Below, piece after piece: positions 24,920-37,769 of a stretch of 64,000 nucleotides of DNA (positions within the stretch are counted from its first letter, which is position 1; every line of letters starts with the position of its first letter). Source of the stretch: Malacoraja senta (lineage: Eukaryota); assembly GCA_038087875.1 (NCBI GenBank), contig CM075978.1, positions 112,716,001 to 112,780,000 on the forward strand, written 5' to 3'. The notes beneath the pieces were generated by a model, which saw only the letters and a program-made list of their open reading frames with translations, was not told where the DNA came from and made no database searches. The position numbers and the translations under genes were made by a program.

Positions 24920-25395
24920 CTTTTGCTGGTTGTCACACCACGGGAAGGATGGGAAGGCTCTGTTGAGGGTGCAGAAGACGTTCACTAGGGTGCTGCCGAA
25001 ATTGGCAAGTTCTAGTTATAAGAAGAAGTTGGACAAACTTGGATTGTTTTCCCTGGAGAGTCAGAAGCTGAGAGGCAATCCGGGAGAAGAATATAAAGGT
25101 ATGAGAGACATAGATAGTGTAGATTGCCAGAATATTTTACCCAGCATGGAAATGTCCTTTGAAGACAGAGGTAATGGTGGAAAGGTATCATTCCGGCTGG
25201 AGGTCTGTGACCAATGGTGTTCTGCAGGCATCAGTGCTCTGTTGTTTGTGCGATAAATAAATGACGGACAAAAATACAGATGGATTTGTATCAATGCAGG
25301 CAGAGGAAACTAATAGAAATTGGCCTCATGTTCATCACAGGCATTGTGGGCTGAAGATCTGTTCCTGTGCTCTACTGTTCTAATTCTATGTTATG
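24920..25395 (+). mobile_element. CR1 LINE fragments (rearranged)
   Basis: ALLRVQKTFTRVLP...LDKLGLFSLE peptide followed by RT-region and tail pieces. Confidence 0.7.
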
Positions 25396-26165
25396 TTTGC
25401 AGTTACATTAACCTGACACCACACAACACTATAACCCAGCAGCAATCAGCTGTGCTCATCTATGGAAAACCACCGAGAGGCAAATAACCAAGGCAAAGTT
25501 TTTATAGACTGTTTTCTTTGGTTTCAAAGCAGACATCACAGGGCAGCAGGTTAGAATAATAGAACAATCCTGGAATCTGAGCTCCTGTCGTTCAAGTTGG
25601 AAATCAAATGTCAAACTAAATCTACTTTTGTTTTAATTACTTCCAGAGTTTGCAGGAAGTAAAATAAAATGTTACTTTTTGTATAGTTTTTGAAATTTGC
25701 CTTTTTTGATTGTTATTACCTGCAGTGAAATCTGTCAGCATTCAGTATGTAAGAAAGAGAAGCCAATAATGTTACAAATTCTTACATCCCTCCTCTCTGA
25801 AATAGATTGCAGGATAATTGGTCAAGAGTGTTTTATTGTCATATCTCCCAGTTAGAACAATGAAATTCTTACTTGCAGCAGCACAACAGAATATGTAAAC
25901 ATAGTACACTGTAAACAATATAATGAACGAGAAAAAAAAGTTCAGTGTGTGTATCTATACATATACACACATATACATATAATATACAGATTATATTAAT
26001 TTCATAATTTATAATATGTTAAATTCTTATTGTTCAGCAAGCTTTCTGACCTCAGAATTGCATGTCTTGTTCATTCCAGGGTATAATCACCTCTTGCGTG
26101 GTTGATTTTTCTGGTAATTACCGAGAACATTGTTGAAAGCAAAAAACAAACTCCAGGAGCAACTC

Positions 26166-26298
26166 GTGTTAAAGAATGTACTGGATGCTGGGTTTTCAGC
26201 CAGTCTGAAGAAGGGTTTCGGCCCGAAACGTTACCTATTTCCTTCGCTCCATAGATGCTGCTGCACCCGCTGAGTTTCTCCAGCATTTTTGTGTACCT
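26166..26298 (+). mobile_element. Young Penelope terminal-repeat insertion nested in an older one
   Basis: 14-bp TSD TCCAGGAGCAACTC at 26152-26165 and 26299-26312; body nearly identical to reverse complement of 54648-54746. Confidence 0.75.
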
Positions 26299-26784
26299 TC
26301 CAGGAGCAACTCAGTGGGTCAAGCAGCATCTGTGGTGATGAGGAAGTGTTGACCTGGAACATTAGTGCCAACCACAAATTGTTCTCTCAACACCAATTCC
26401 ACCCTCCTACCTGTCTTGAGTTGAAGCAGCATCCATTCAGCTCTGGTCTCAGTATATTGACATCTATTAGATAAATCATCTTCATCAACAGATTCTGCTT
26501 GACCTCCCGTGCTCCTCCCGAAGTTTATTTTATTGCTCCAGATTTCAGCATCTATAGTTTCTCGTGTTTGTGTGGTATGACAAATTGCAGCTCAACTTTG
26601 GATTTAAATGTAGTGTGTAGTGGGGGAACTCCAGGTGGGTTTGTCACTGTAGCACATGCTTGCTGCTGGAGCTGTTGGATATAACATTCAGAAAAACATC
26701 AGCCCAGCATTTTGTCAAGCCTTGTAGCACCCTCTACTGGTGACCATGCTGCACTGTAGAAAAGTTCTCTCCTTTAAGATAATA

Positions 26785-27898
26785 CTAGACCAAGTGGGAC
26801 CCGTTGGGCCACATTCCCCTAATGCAATATTCCACCACTCACCCACAGCCCCCAATTGCACTGGCGCAGCTCATTTCCTCTCATCCCCCAGCATTCCCTC
26901 CCCCTCCTCTTCACCCTCCCACTTCTTTCGCCTCTCCTCCTACCCTCACCCACTCCCTCCCTCACCTCTCCCTCCCTCTCCTTTCCCCTACCCTCAGTCA
27001 CTCCCTCCATAACCCCTCTCCCCTTCCTACCCCCCTCTTCTACATCTATCTCCCTGCTCCCCCACTCCTCACCTCTCCCCTATCTCACTCCCCCACTGAA
27101 CACAATGTTTAAATAACATTTCTCCTCCCCTTCCCCACTCCCTCCCTTTACTCCCTCCCTCTCCTTACCCCTACCCTCAGTCAGCGCTCCTCGGAGCCAA
27201 TCAATCAGCACCATGTGGGGGGAGGGGGCGGCGTCGGTGCTCCCCGGAGCCAATCAATCGTCCCCGCGTGGGGGGGCGTTGGCTCTCACCTCCCCCCTCA
27301 CCCCCCAACAAGGAAAATTCTAGAATTTTTTTTGTAAATGAAACCTTTCCACATATCTCCCCCGCCAATGAAAACTGAATGTTTTTTTTTGTAAATGAAA
27401 CCTCCCCCCAAGAATTTGATTAAAACTGATTTTTTTTAAAAATCTCACTCCCTCCCTCTATTACCCCTCTCCCCATCCCTACCCCCCTTGTTGGAAGCTG
27501 CTGATCCCATTGTGATGGCATTATGGGCTGGAACACTGCTCACGGGCAGTTTATGTAAATGAGATATCATTGTCATGTCACTGTCGGGTGGAGCACTGCT
27601 CACGGGCAGCTTATGTAAATCAGATCTCATTGTGACATCATAGCTGTAACTGCCGCTGCAACTTCAAGTCATTTTTTCTCAAACTGGATTTTGTAAAGTT
27701 GAAAATGTGAATAACTTGTAAATTGTAACATCAATCTAAACGAAACGTGATACACCACATCACATGACAATGGTGAGTAAGGTGGTCCAAAAATCATAGT
27801 GCTATCCTGTACCGTTTTGGTGTAATTCAGGGCATGACGGACACGCACGTGCACACACACACACACACACAGACAAGATGAGAGTTTTAGTAATTATA
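26785..27898 (-). mobile_element. Non-autonomous Helitron, unit A
   Basis: Minus-strand 3' end hairpin plus CTAG (26785-26812); pyrimidine tracts, ~60-bp tandem repeat 27507-27640, (CA)n near 5' end. Confidence 0.78.
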
Positions 27899-28390
27899 CT
27901 AGACCAACTGGGACCCGTTGGGTCCCTGTCACACGGGAGGCCTGGTCCCCCAACGCAACCCGTTCCCCAACGCAATATAGCAGTACTAACCCATAGCCCC
28001 CATGGGAGGTGTGATCCCCTAACTCAACCTGTTGCTGAACGTAAGATTTCAGCACTCCCCAAGCACTGGACTTTAAAAAAAAAATTCCAATTGCACTTCC
28101 CCAATTGCAATACCAATTCACCCTCCCCCTCCTGTCCTGCCAGGAGCTGGAGTAATTGTTGTATGATGTCAACATTGTTGCAAATGTCGAGTGGAGGACT
28201 GTGATATCATATTCAGGTGAAATGTTGGTAGAAGCACAGAGTGTTCCTGTATTCCAACTCTGTACCGAAGTTTGTTGGAAGCTGGCAGGAAGGATTTTAA
28301 CAGTAAAAATCTTGTTAAAGTTTACTTTTGTAAATCTTGAAATACCTCATGAGATCACACAGACAAACGAGACTTTTAATAGTATATAGA
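27899..28390 (-). mobile_element. Non-autonomous Helitron, unit B (both ends intact)
   Basis: Minus strand begins TCTATATACTATTAAAAG (28390) and ends GGGACCC-AAC-GGGTCCC-N7-CTAG (27899); inserted between A and T. Confidence 0.85.
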
Positions 28391-28392
28391 TA

Positions 28393-29335
28393 CTAGACCA
28401 AGTGGGACCTGTTGGGCCCCGTTCCCTCAACGTAACCCGTTCATCACTCACCCATTCCCCCAACGCAATATTCCACCACTCATGCATAGCCCCCAACTGT
28501 GCAGGCAAGGCTCATTTCCCCTCATCCTCCAAAACTCCCCCTCCCCCTCCTCTTCACCCTCTTCTCTGCCCTCCCCCACTCCCTCCCTCATCTCTCCCTC
28601 CTTCTCCTTTCCCCTACCCTCAGTCACTCCCCACCATCAGTCACTCCCTCCCACCCTTCATAACCTCTTTCCCCTCTCTAACCCCCTGACCCATTGGGCC
28701 CCATTCCCCCAACACAATATTCCACCACTCACCCGTTTCCCCAAGGCAACCTGTTTCCACCACTCACCCGTTCCCCTAACGTAACCCGTTCTCCCAACGC
28801 TATATTGCATCACTCACCCATAGCCCTCAACTGCGCAGGCGCGGCTCATACACTCCCTCCCTGTCCTCTTCACCCTCCCTCTTCTCTCCCCTCTCCTCCC
28901 TCTCCTTTTCCCTATGCTCAGTCACTCCCTCCCTCACCTCTCCCCTATCGCACTACCCCACTATACACAATGTTTAAATAACATTTCTTCTCCTCCCCTC
29001 CCCTCCCCCACTCTCCTTACAACAATGTAACAAATCTCTCATTGCACTGGGTGGAACACTGTTGATTGGCAGCTTATGTAAATGAGATCCCATTGTGATG
29101 TAATTGTTGGGTGGAGCACTGTTCAACGGCAGCTTATGTAAATGAGATCCCATTGTGATGTGATAGCTGCAAACTGCCAGAATCTGCCAGCAACTGTCAC
29201 AACATCTGATGTTATTGTTCTCAAAGTGTGGTTTTGTAAAGTTTTAAATGTCAATAACGTGAAATATAACATCAATCTGAACGAAACTTGACACGAACCA
29301 CCACAGGACAATTGTGAGTAAGGTGGTGCAAAAAC
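28393..29335 (-). mobile_element. Non-autonomous Helitron, unit C (5' end lost)
   Basis: Same CTAG/hairpin terminus; colinear with unit A up to GTGAGTAAGGTGGT.CAAAAA. Confidence 0.75.
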
Positions 29336-29439
29336 TTTTTTTAAACATAGGAACTTTATTTTAAAATTCATGGAGCTTATATAAATTAATGTATATGAAT
29401 GTTTTAATGAAGGAAATATAATCACCTACCTTATCCTGG

Positions 29440-30350
29440 GGACACAAGGAACTGCAGGTGCTGGATCTTGCGTAAGTACTGGGCTAACTCAATGGGTCAG
29501 GCAGCATCTCTGGAGGACATGGATAGCCGATGTTTCGGGTCAAGACCCTCCTTCAGACTGGAAAAGAGATGGGGCGGGGCAAAGCCTGGCAAGTGATAGA
29601 TGGTAGATATAGTGATAGATGATTTGTAATATGATGATAACTTTCCCAGTTGCAAAACACTTTAACTCCCCTCCCATTCCCATCCTGACCTTTCTGTCCT
29701 AGGCCTCCTCCACTGTGAGAGTGAGGCCCAATGCAATTTGGAGGAACAGCACCTCCTATTTCGCTTGGGCAGTTTATAACCCAGCGGTATAATATCGACT
29801 TCTCTAATTTCAAGTAACCCTTGCTTTCCCTCTCTCTCCATCCCTCCCCCATCCTAGTTCTCTGACCAATCTGACCATCTTCCTGATTGAATTTTTATCT
29901 TTGTATGCTTCGTTGTCACAATCCCCTTGCTAACAATGATCTATTCTACATTTTCCTTGAACTGCATTCCCTTGGATGTCTCGTTTTCGCACCTTAACCT
30001 TCCATATCTCTGTGTCTCACTCTCCCCTAACTCTCAGTCTGAAGAAGGGTCTCGACCCGAAACATCGCCCATTCTTTCTATCCAGAGATGCTGCCTGTCC
30101 CGCTTGAGTTACTCCAGCATTTTGTGTCTATCTTAAATGATAGGTGGATTTTAGTGAGGGGGATTTGATTGACATGGGTGGACAAAGGCACGAGACAAAG
30201 GCAGGGAGACTAAAGAGTGACAAAAGAGGTCCAAAGGAGATAAAACGGAGACCAGAAGAGGTATCAGATAAAGGAAGTGGAGTTAGATGGAAGCCAGAGA
30301 GAGAGATAGGTAGAAGGAGACAGGGGGGGGGCGGGGGTTCCTTTCCCATT
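29440..30350 (+). mobile_element. Penelope-like element: inverted terminal repeat, GIY-YIG end and tail
   Basis: 29640-29820 matches 57390-57575; tail CAGTCTGAAGAAGGGTCTCGACCCGAAAC at 30035-30063; inverted pieces on both sides. Confidence 0.75.
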
Positions 30351-30379
30351 TCCCTGTGATGCTGAGGGGCTACTATACT

Positions 30380-31110
30380 AGGTGGGAATCTATGAATCTG
30401 ACGGTAGGGGTTAAGAAGCAGAAATAAACAGTCTACTTCATTCTTCTAGTGATGGTGCGATTCCTTCCACCAATGTCACTATATCTTTAATTGATCCTAA
30501 AGTCTAAGGCTACAATTTGTTATGCAGCTGTATTGTCTCCTTATTTTTAGGTAGACGGGTAAGTCCAAGTGGCTGGGAAAGAATCTGGAAAAATTAGTGG
30601 GGAGCAGAGAGCTTTGCAGTTGGGGAATTGGGGGTTTCTGATAGGGTCAGGGTTGGAACCTTAAATAGCGTTCAGTGTCAGCCATGGCCTAGCTTGGATC
30701 AAGGCAATGTCAGCTGGGAACTAACTTATCTCTGATTTGGAAAGTTGTGGATGAAAGGCAATAAAAGGATTATTAGTAATTGGATTATGGCAGTGCATAT
30801 GAAGCCAATGGAGATAGAAGTTGACAGTGGGTAGAAAATGTGAGGGTAACCAATCAAGTGCTGGAATAGGTGAAGGTTGGAAATAATTCTTGATCGAGGG
30901 TGAGTGGAGATTTTTTTGTTAAAGACAGAATCAGGTGATCTTTGATGGGTGTCAATGCACTGAAGCCCTAGCTGAATGAATGCTTGGGACCAAATAGTCC
31001 TCTTCAACCTGAGATAGGTGGTGATGAAAGAACAATTTGTGGTTAGGACTGAAAACAGAGGCTTTGGTCTTTCAGATGTTTAGCTGGAGAAAAGTGCCTT
31101 ATACATCTCA
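30380..31110 (-). mobile_element. Old L2-like LINE fragment
   Basis: Purine-rich degenerate sequence resembling reverse-strand L2 RT region; no intact ORF. Confidence 0.35.
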
Positions 31111-31194
31111 GGCAAATGATCAGATTATCCACTACAAAAGGGAAGAAAACAAAACAGCCCAAATTGGATCATGAACCAGAAGTCAGGAGCAAGA

Positions 31195-31996
31195 TGTGGA
31201 TAAATGTGAGGTTATCCACTTTGGTGGCAAGAACAGGAAGGCAAATTATTATTTGAATGGTGTCAGATTAGGAAAAGGAGAGGTGCAACGAGACCTGGAT
31301 GTGCTTGTACATCAGTCACTGAAAGTAAGCATGCAGGTACAGCAGGCAGTGAAGAAAGCTAATGGCTTGTTGGCCTTCATTGCGAGAGGATTTGAGTTTA
31401 GGAGCAAGGTGGTCCTACTGCAGTTGTACAGGGCTCTGGTGAGACCGCACCTGGAGTACTGTGTGCAATTTTGGTCACCTAATATGAGGACGGACATTAT
31501 TGCTATTGAGGAAGTGCAGCGTAGGTTCACGAGGTTAATTCCCGGGATGGCGGGACTGACATATGATGAAAGAATGGGTCGACTGGGCTTGTATTCACTG
31601 GAATTTAGAAGGATGAGAGGGAATCTTATAGAAGCATGTAAAATTCTTAAAGGATTGGACAGGCTAGATGCAGGAAAAATGTTCCTGATGTTGGGGGAGT
31701 CCAGAACCAGGGATGACAATTTAAGATTAAGGTGCAAGCCATTTATGACTGAGATGAGGAAAAACGTCTTCACCCAGAGAGTTGTGAATCTGTGAAATTC
31801 TCTGCCACAGAAGGCAGTGGAGGCCAATTCACTGGATGTTTTCAAGAGAGAGTTAGATTTAGCTCTTGGGGTAAAGGAATCAAGAGGTATGGGAAAAATC
31901 AGGAACGGGTACTGATTTTAGATGATCAGCTATGAGCTGGCTCAAAGGGCAGAATGGCCTACTCCTGCACCTATTTTTCTATCTTTCTATGCTTCT
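31195..31996 (+). mobile_element. CR1 LINE 3' part (young)
   Basis: ORF 31196-31795 DKCEVIHFGGKN...LYRALVRPHLEYCVQFWSP...; CR1 tail; possible TSD AAGATG. Confidence 0.92.
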
Positions 31997-32339
31997 AAGA
32001 TGGAGATCAGATATGGCATTTCTGACCTTCTGCTCAGTCACCAGACTCAGCACAGACTCCAGGGCCAGAGGTCAGATTCACTGAGTCTACACTTTATTTC
32101 TGAGCCCTAAGATCTACACATATATCGCTAATACGGGCTGCGTGGAGCATGATCCTTATCATGATCATTTCTGGAAATGATGTTTTCCTGCTGAAATGCT
32201 CAGTTCAAGGGCACTGAGGAATAGATGATAAATTCTGTGTTTGCAATGGTACACATGTGCCATACTGTAACTGAAAGATTACGTTCACAAATAGTATCAA
32301 TGGAAGAATGTGTTTGCGTGCATGAACATGCTCTGTTTT

Positions 32340-33110
32340 AAGAACATTAGAAATAATAGCAAGAGTTGATCACATTTGCTCAAACTTAATTCTATAAGAT
32401 CATGGATAATCTGATATCACCCATAACCCACGACTCCCCTAGAGGTAACAAAAATCCCTCTCCCCCAACCCTGGATGCAATGATTCACAATTCACAATTG
32501 TTTGAGGCAGAAAATTCCACGTGTTTATGTCATAGACTCATGGAGCTATAACGCACATAAACAGACTACCTACTGAGTTGCCCATGAGATCTCTCTTAAA
32601 TCTCGCCCCTCTTATCTTAAGCCTCTGCTCTCTAGTTTTAGAATCCTCTATTCTGCCAAGAACATCATGTGTGTCCACTTTACCCGTACACTTCATGATC
32701 TTGTACACCTCAATAAGGTCACCACAAAGCCTTCTATGCTCCAAAGTAAAAATGTCCAAGCCTATCCAGCCTTTCCCATTAACTCAAGCTTTACTCCCAG
32801 ATCTCACTTCTGCAACAGTGGAGTTCTGCAGTGGTCAGTGCTCAGTCTGCTGTTGTTCATTACATACATTAACAATCTGAATGATAATGTGGTTAACATT
32901 GTTAGTAATGTATTTCCTGAGCACACTACATTTTTTTGAGAACCCACTCATCTCACACCATTTAAATAATACTCTGCTTTTTTATTACCCACATTGGTAG
33001 ATAATCTTGCTCCCCACTGCATTATACTCCGTCCTATCCATTTAAACTTGTCTGTATAATTTGGCAGTCTAATTTTTCCTCACAACTTCTTTCCAACCTG
33101 TCTTTGTACT
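32340..33110 (-). mobile_element. Cluster of CR1 fragments
   Basis: Minus-strand FTLEHRRLCGDLIEVYKIM; plus-strand RT piece at ~32800-32910. Confidence 0.7.
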
Positions 33111-33297
33111 GCCAGTGAGGAACTTCCAAAGAACTGTCCTTTCAAGGCTTTGTGTATTGTCCATCACTTATTGCGTTAAGATAGGCTCTCCTCCTGGGCC
33201 ATTGCAATGCTCGTGGTAAAGCTATGCTCAAACTGATGTGAGGCTGTGAGTTGCGGGACCTTGGCTTCAGCTAAATGAAACAGATAACTCAATTAGT

Positions 33298-33490
33298 AAT
33301 GTGTAAGAAGGAAATGCAGATGCTAGTTTAAACCAAAGATAGACACAAAAAGCTGGAGTAACTCAGCGGGACAGGCAACATCTGGAGGAATGGGTGACGT
33401 TTCGGGGCGAGATGCTGCCTGTCCCGCTGAGTTGCTGCCTTGGAGATGCTGCCTGTTCCACTCAGTTACTCCAGCTTTTTGTGTCTATTT
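33298..33490. mobile_element. Palindromic Penelope terminal-repeat derivative
   Basis: AGACACAAAAAGCTGGAGTAACTCAGCGGGACAGGCA...TGCCTGT...AGTTACTCCAGCTTTTTGTGTCT inverted arms. Confidence 0.65.
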
Positions 33491-35429
33491 TAGACACAAA
33501 TTATCCTGGTGTTTGGCTGTGGCAGAGGATTGAAAAGAATGATGCTTCCTTGGTAATGCTGCTCTCATCCCTACTGGAAGGACACATAGTAAAACTCAGA
33601 GTGTCTGTAGAAATGAGCGTGATGAGTTGTGCAGGATTCTATTCACAGGACTTACTGTCGCCACAGTGAGCTGGTGATAAATATTAGCAGTTGAATTAGC
33701 GGAGGTGCCAATCAAATAAACTGCTCTCCTCTGTGTGGCATTGAGCTTGTCAAGTGTTACGTCTGAAAATGATAAATACCTCATCACATTTCAGAGCTGA
33801 TGGATAAGGAGAGGCTTTGAATACCATGTCTTTGGGTTAGATGTTGCTTACGGTGTTAAAATGGGCAGCCAACTTTATCTTCTGATCAGAGTTGACAGTT
33901 CCCTGCATTCCACAAGATATTGATGGTACCAGTGAAGGCTGTGGTAAAGTGGACACTTGTTGAAGGTAGGTGGGACCTAGGACTTGATGATTAATTGCAG
34001 CTTGAGATCACTTGTGTACATATTGCTCAAATCTTGCTGTAAATAAGCCAAACAAGTCCATTGGAAACATAAAGTGATCATCAGTTATTGGGGGCAAGTT
34101 ACCTATTTTTGTAATAATGTATTTGATTCAGCACAATAGGTTTATTATGTACTTGATTAATGCAGCAAATATGCTGCTTTACGTTAACATTGACGGCACA
34201 CAATGCCAGTTGTTTATTACATTTAAATTTGCAGATTTAAAAATTCAATTAGTAACCTCCATTATAACTAATATGTTAATAGTCTAAATTGAAGATGTAA
34301 TGAGGAATGTTTTTTTTAATTACAATAGTGTTGATTGCTAATTTGCAGAGGTGTAGTGGGTAAAATGTATTCTGGCAACCACTTAAGGGATTTGTTATTA
34401 TTGTGCCTAGCAAGATGCTGGCTGACTCAGAGTCAATTTAATAATTTATGCCTACATTATTTATGTAAAGCTGATCTATCCTCTGCTTTTATACAGTTTA
34501 AGGTAATTGTCCAAAGAACAGGTAGGAGATGAAAGACTATTTCTACCCACAGTGAGTTGTTATGATGTGAAATTTATGCTGTCTAAAAGGTTGGTGGAAG
34601 CACTTTAAAAGGTAACTTTGAAACAAGAGACAGTTATATAAAGGGAACAATTTACAGGATTGCAGTGAAAGGGCAGAAGGTAAATGTGCCTAATTGGACT
34701 GCTTATGGAGAGATGACACGGGCACAATGGATGGAATCCCCTCCTTCTGCGCTGAGTTAAGTTATACCAGCCATAAGTTGCAAAAAGACTTCTCATTATT
34801 ACAAAGGCTGGATAATGCTTGAAACCGTCTTCTGGGAACTATGGTGGAAGTGAAACATATTCTCAGTGAAATGACAGATGTTGCAGTGGGCAACATTTTG
34901 TTCTCACAAACAGTTTATTCCTCTTTCATCAGTGCAGTGTCTATCTCTATGCATTCACACGAGAAGCAAATGTGAATTTTCACCAATTGGTGGAGCAAGA
35001 GGCTGTCATTCCACAGGCGTCTTTGGCGTTTTCCCAGGCCTTGCTGGGAGTATGCAACGTGCTATAGTAATATAAAAAATATCTGTCTCATTTCAAGAAT
35101 GCAACTGTCCGTGATAATAATTTGCAGAAACAGAAAGTTAAAGTGGAAGAAATGAAAAAAGAATGCAGATGAAAATGTGAAATAATGCAGTGGCTACCAC
35201 ATGAAATAATGCGTTAGCAAACTAAACATGTTCTTGTAGGAGGCTGGAGTAAGCAAGATAACTTGGGAAAGGTTACAATAGATGTTAGTGGCTGGTCTAT
35301 CTCTTCAGATGGAGACAGAGATTGCACTTTTGCAGAACTCAACAATGTTATTACTTTTGTTATTACATGCTGCTTTCTTCATTACATGGTCAATCTCTGA
35401 CCTTTCCCTTCCCTTTCTAGATTTTACAT

Positions 35430-36525
35430 TAATGGGGCAATATGGGCCAGGCACAGGTAAGTGGGACTAGCTCGATTAAGCAACTTGGTTGGCAACTTGG
35501 GACCTGTGCTATTTGTGATATATATAAATGATTTGGACGTATATGTAGACGGGCTAGTTAGTAAGTTTGAAGATGACTGGGGTCACAGCCTATGAGGAAG
35601 GTTATCAAGGTATACAATGGGGTATAGATCAACTAGAGAAATGGGTGAAGAAATGTCAGATGGTGTTTCAACCGAACAAGTGTGAGGTTTTCCACTTTGG
35701 GAGGTCATAGAAACATAGAAAATAGGTACAGGAGTAGGCCATTCAGCCCTTCGAGCCTGCACTGCCATTCAATATGATCATGGCTGATCATCCAACTCAG
35801 TATCCTGTACCTGCCTTTTCTCCATACCCCCATAGGTCAAATGTAAGGGGAAAATATACAATTAATGCATGACCCTCAACAGCATTGATGCATGGAGGTA
35901 TCTTGCGGTCCAAGTCCATAGCTCTCTGAAAGTGGCAACACATAAAGAAGCCAGATGGTACGCTTGCTTTCATAGGTCAGGGCATTGAATGTAAGAGTCA
36001 GGATGTCATGATGAAGCTTTATAGGAATTGTTCAGACACATTTGGCATATTGTGTGCAGTTCTATTCGCCCCATAACAGGAAGGATGTGGAGGCTTTGGA
36101 AAGGGTGCAGAAAAAGTTTACCAGAATGTTTTAGCTACAGGGAGAGTTTGGACAGACTTGGATTTTCCCTCTAGAATGCCAGAGGTTGCAGGGAGACCTG
36201 ATAGAAGTATATACAATTCTGAGGCGCATAAATAGGGTAGTCAGTCAGAACTTTTTTTCCCGGGATGTAAAAATCAAATACTAGACAGCATAGCTTTAAG
36301 GTGAGAAGAGTAAAGTTTAAAGGAGATGTGTGGGGCATCTTTTTTACACAGAGGGCGGTGAATGCCTGGAACCTGCTGCCAGGGTTGAGGCAGATACGAT
36401 AGTAACATTTAGGAGGCTTTTGGAAAGGCATATGGACGTGCAGGGAATGGGGAAATATGGATTATGCGTAGGTAGATGAGAGATGGCATTGTGGGACAAA
36501 ATCTGTGCTGTGCTGTTCTATGTTC
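35430..36525 (+). mobile_element. CR1 LINE RT region to 3' end, with nested inverted CR1 tail at 35708-35833
   Basis: ATATATAAATGATTTGGA...AAGTTTGAAGATGAC RT motifs; nested piece flanked by AGGTCA at 35702-35707 and 35834-35839. Confidence 0.85.
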
Positions 36526-36544
36526 ATGTTCCTTTGTGAACTGT

Positions 36545-37200
36545 GCTTCTCATCCATTTCCAGTGCCTGTTCTCACGCCCTCTCTCCAGGACTGAACGTG
36601 GAAAGAGTTCCCCTGGCCCTCGTCTTTCACCCCAATAGACCACATTCAAAAATTTATTCCACCAGCAGAAATATCTTCCCCTCACCTTCCCTTTCAGTAT
36701 TTCACAGGAGCTGCTCCCTTCAAGGCTCCCTAGTCCAATCTACTATTGCCATTGGCCACCCTCTTTTTTATAGCTCTTCCTTGGAATCACAGGCGATGCA
36801 TTACTTGTCCTTTCACCTCTTCTCTTTCTGGCATCTAGGGACCTAAACAGTTGTTCCAGATGAAGTAATGACTCATTGCACTTTTTCTATTCGAATGTAT
36901 TACATTTGGTGTGCTGCATTTCACAATTCTTACAGTTGTTGGTGTATGTTCTCACTCTCTAGGTGCTCCCATTCACTCATTGATCTGATAACCTTGCTTA
37001 TAGCCTTGGTAACTCTGGTTTTAGCCTATCAGAGATATTACCCTTCCCCACACCCCCTGCAGCTTAATGAGCTTCTTTTTATCCCATTCTCAGTTCTACT
37101 AAAGGGTCTGCAATATTATTTCTGTTCCTCTTCCCACAGAGGACTTGCTGAGTATTTCCACCATTTTCCCAATTTTATTTCAGATTGCCTGATGATCCAT
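36545..37200 (+). mobile_element. Old Penelope-like fragment
   Basis: ERVPLALVFHP peptide, degenerate downstream region and tail. Confidence 0.6.
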
Positions 37201-37562
37201 TGTTATTGCTGATTGATATTAGGCTTTACAACATCAGCAGCAGTGCTCTGGGGATAGATTTTAACAGCTGATTGTTGCCAATATAATATAATATTTTTTA
37301 CTTTTCCTCTAACATTGAATTAAAAATTGGAATAAAAATATGAATGCTTACATTCCATGAATGAGTCACTTTGGTTTTGTAAATGTGCACATGCGTATAT
37401 AGAGAGTTGGCAACTTAGTCCATACTGCCAATGGGACATCGGGGATAATAATCTCAACTGCTCTGCTCTTGATGTTTATGCCAGGTTTTATCCTCCTCAA
37501 GTCATTACACCAAATCCATGATTAACCTTGCACATTGGAAGCCAAATATTTTTTAACTCTCA

Positions 37563-37578
37563 TCTCTAGATGGCAGTA
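37563..37578 (+). promoter_or_regulatory. Candidate CTCF site
   Basis: TCTCTAGATGGCAGTA resembles the CCACTAGATGGCAGYA core variant. Confidence 0.45.
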
Positions 37579-37769
37579 CAGCACGCATTGTACAAATAGA
37601 TGGTGTAAATGTATTTCTCATCATTGTCACGAAACCTCTGTGTGCAGTGAGGGAACATTAAAACAAGCACAAGAACTTTGTAATTTTCAATGAGAAAGAT
37701 CTAAGTCTCATTCTTCAATGTTTATTAATAACGATGAATCTTTTCAACTGATCACTTTCTGTAGAGTTG

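Noticed and set aside
26740-28981. Proline/serine-rich ORFs
   Set aside because: Translations of pyrimidine tracts within non-autonomous Helitrons.
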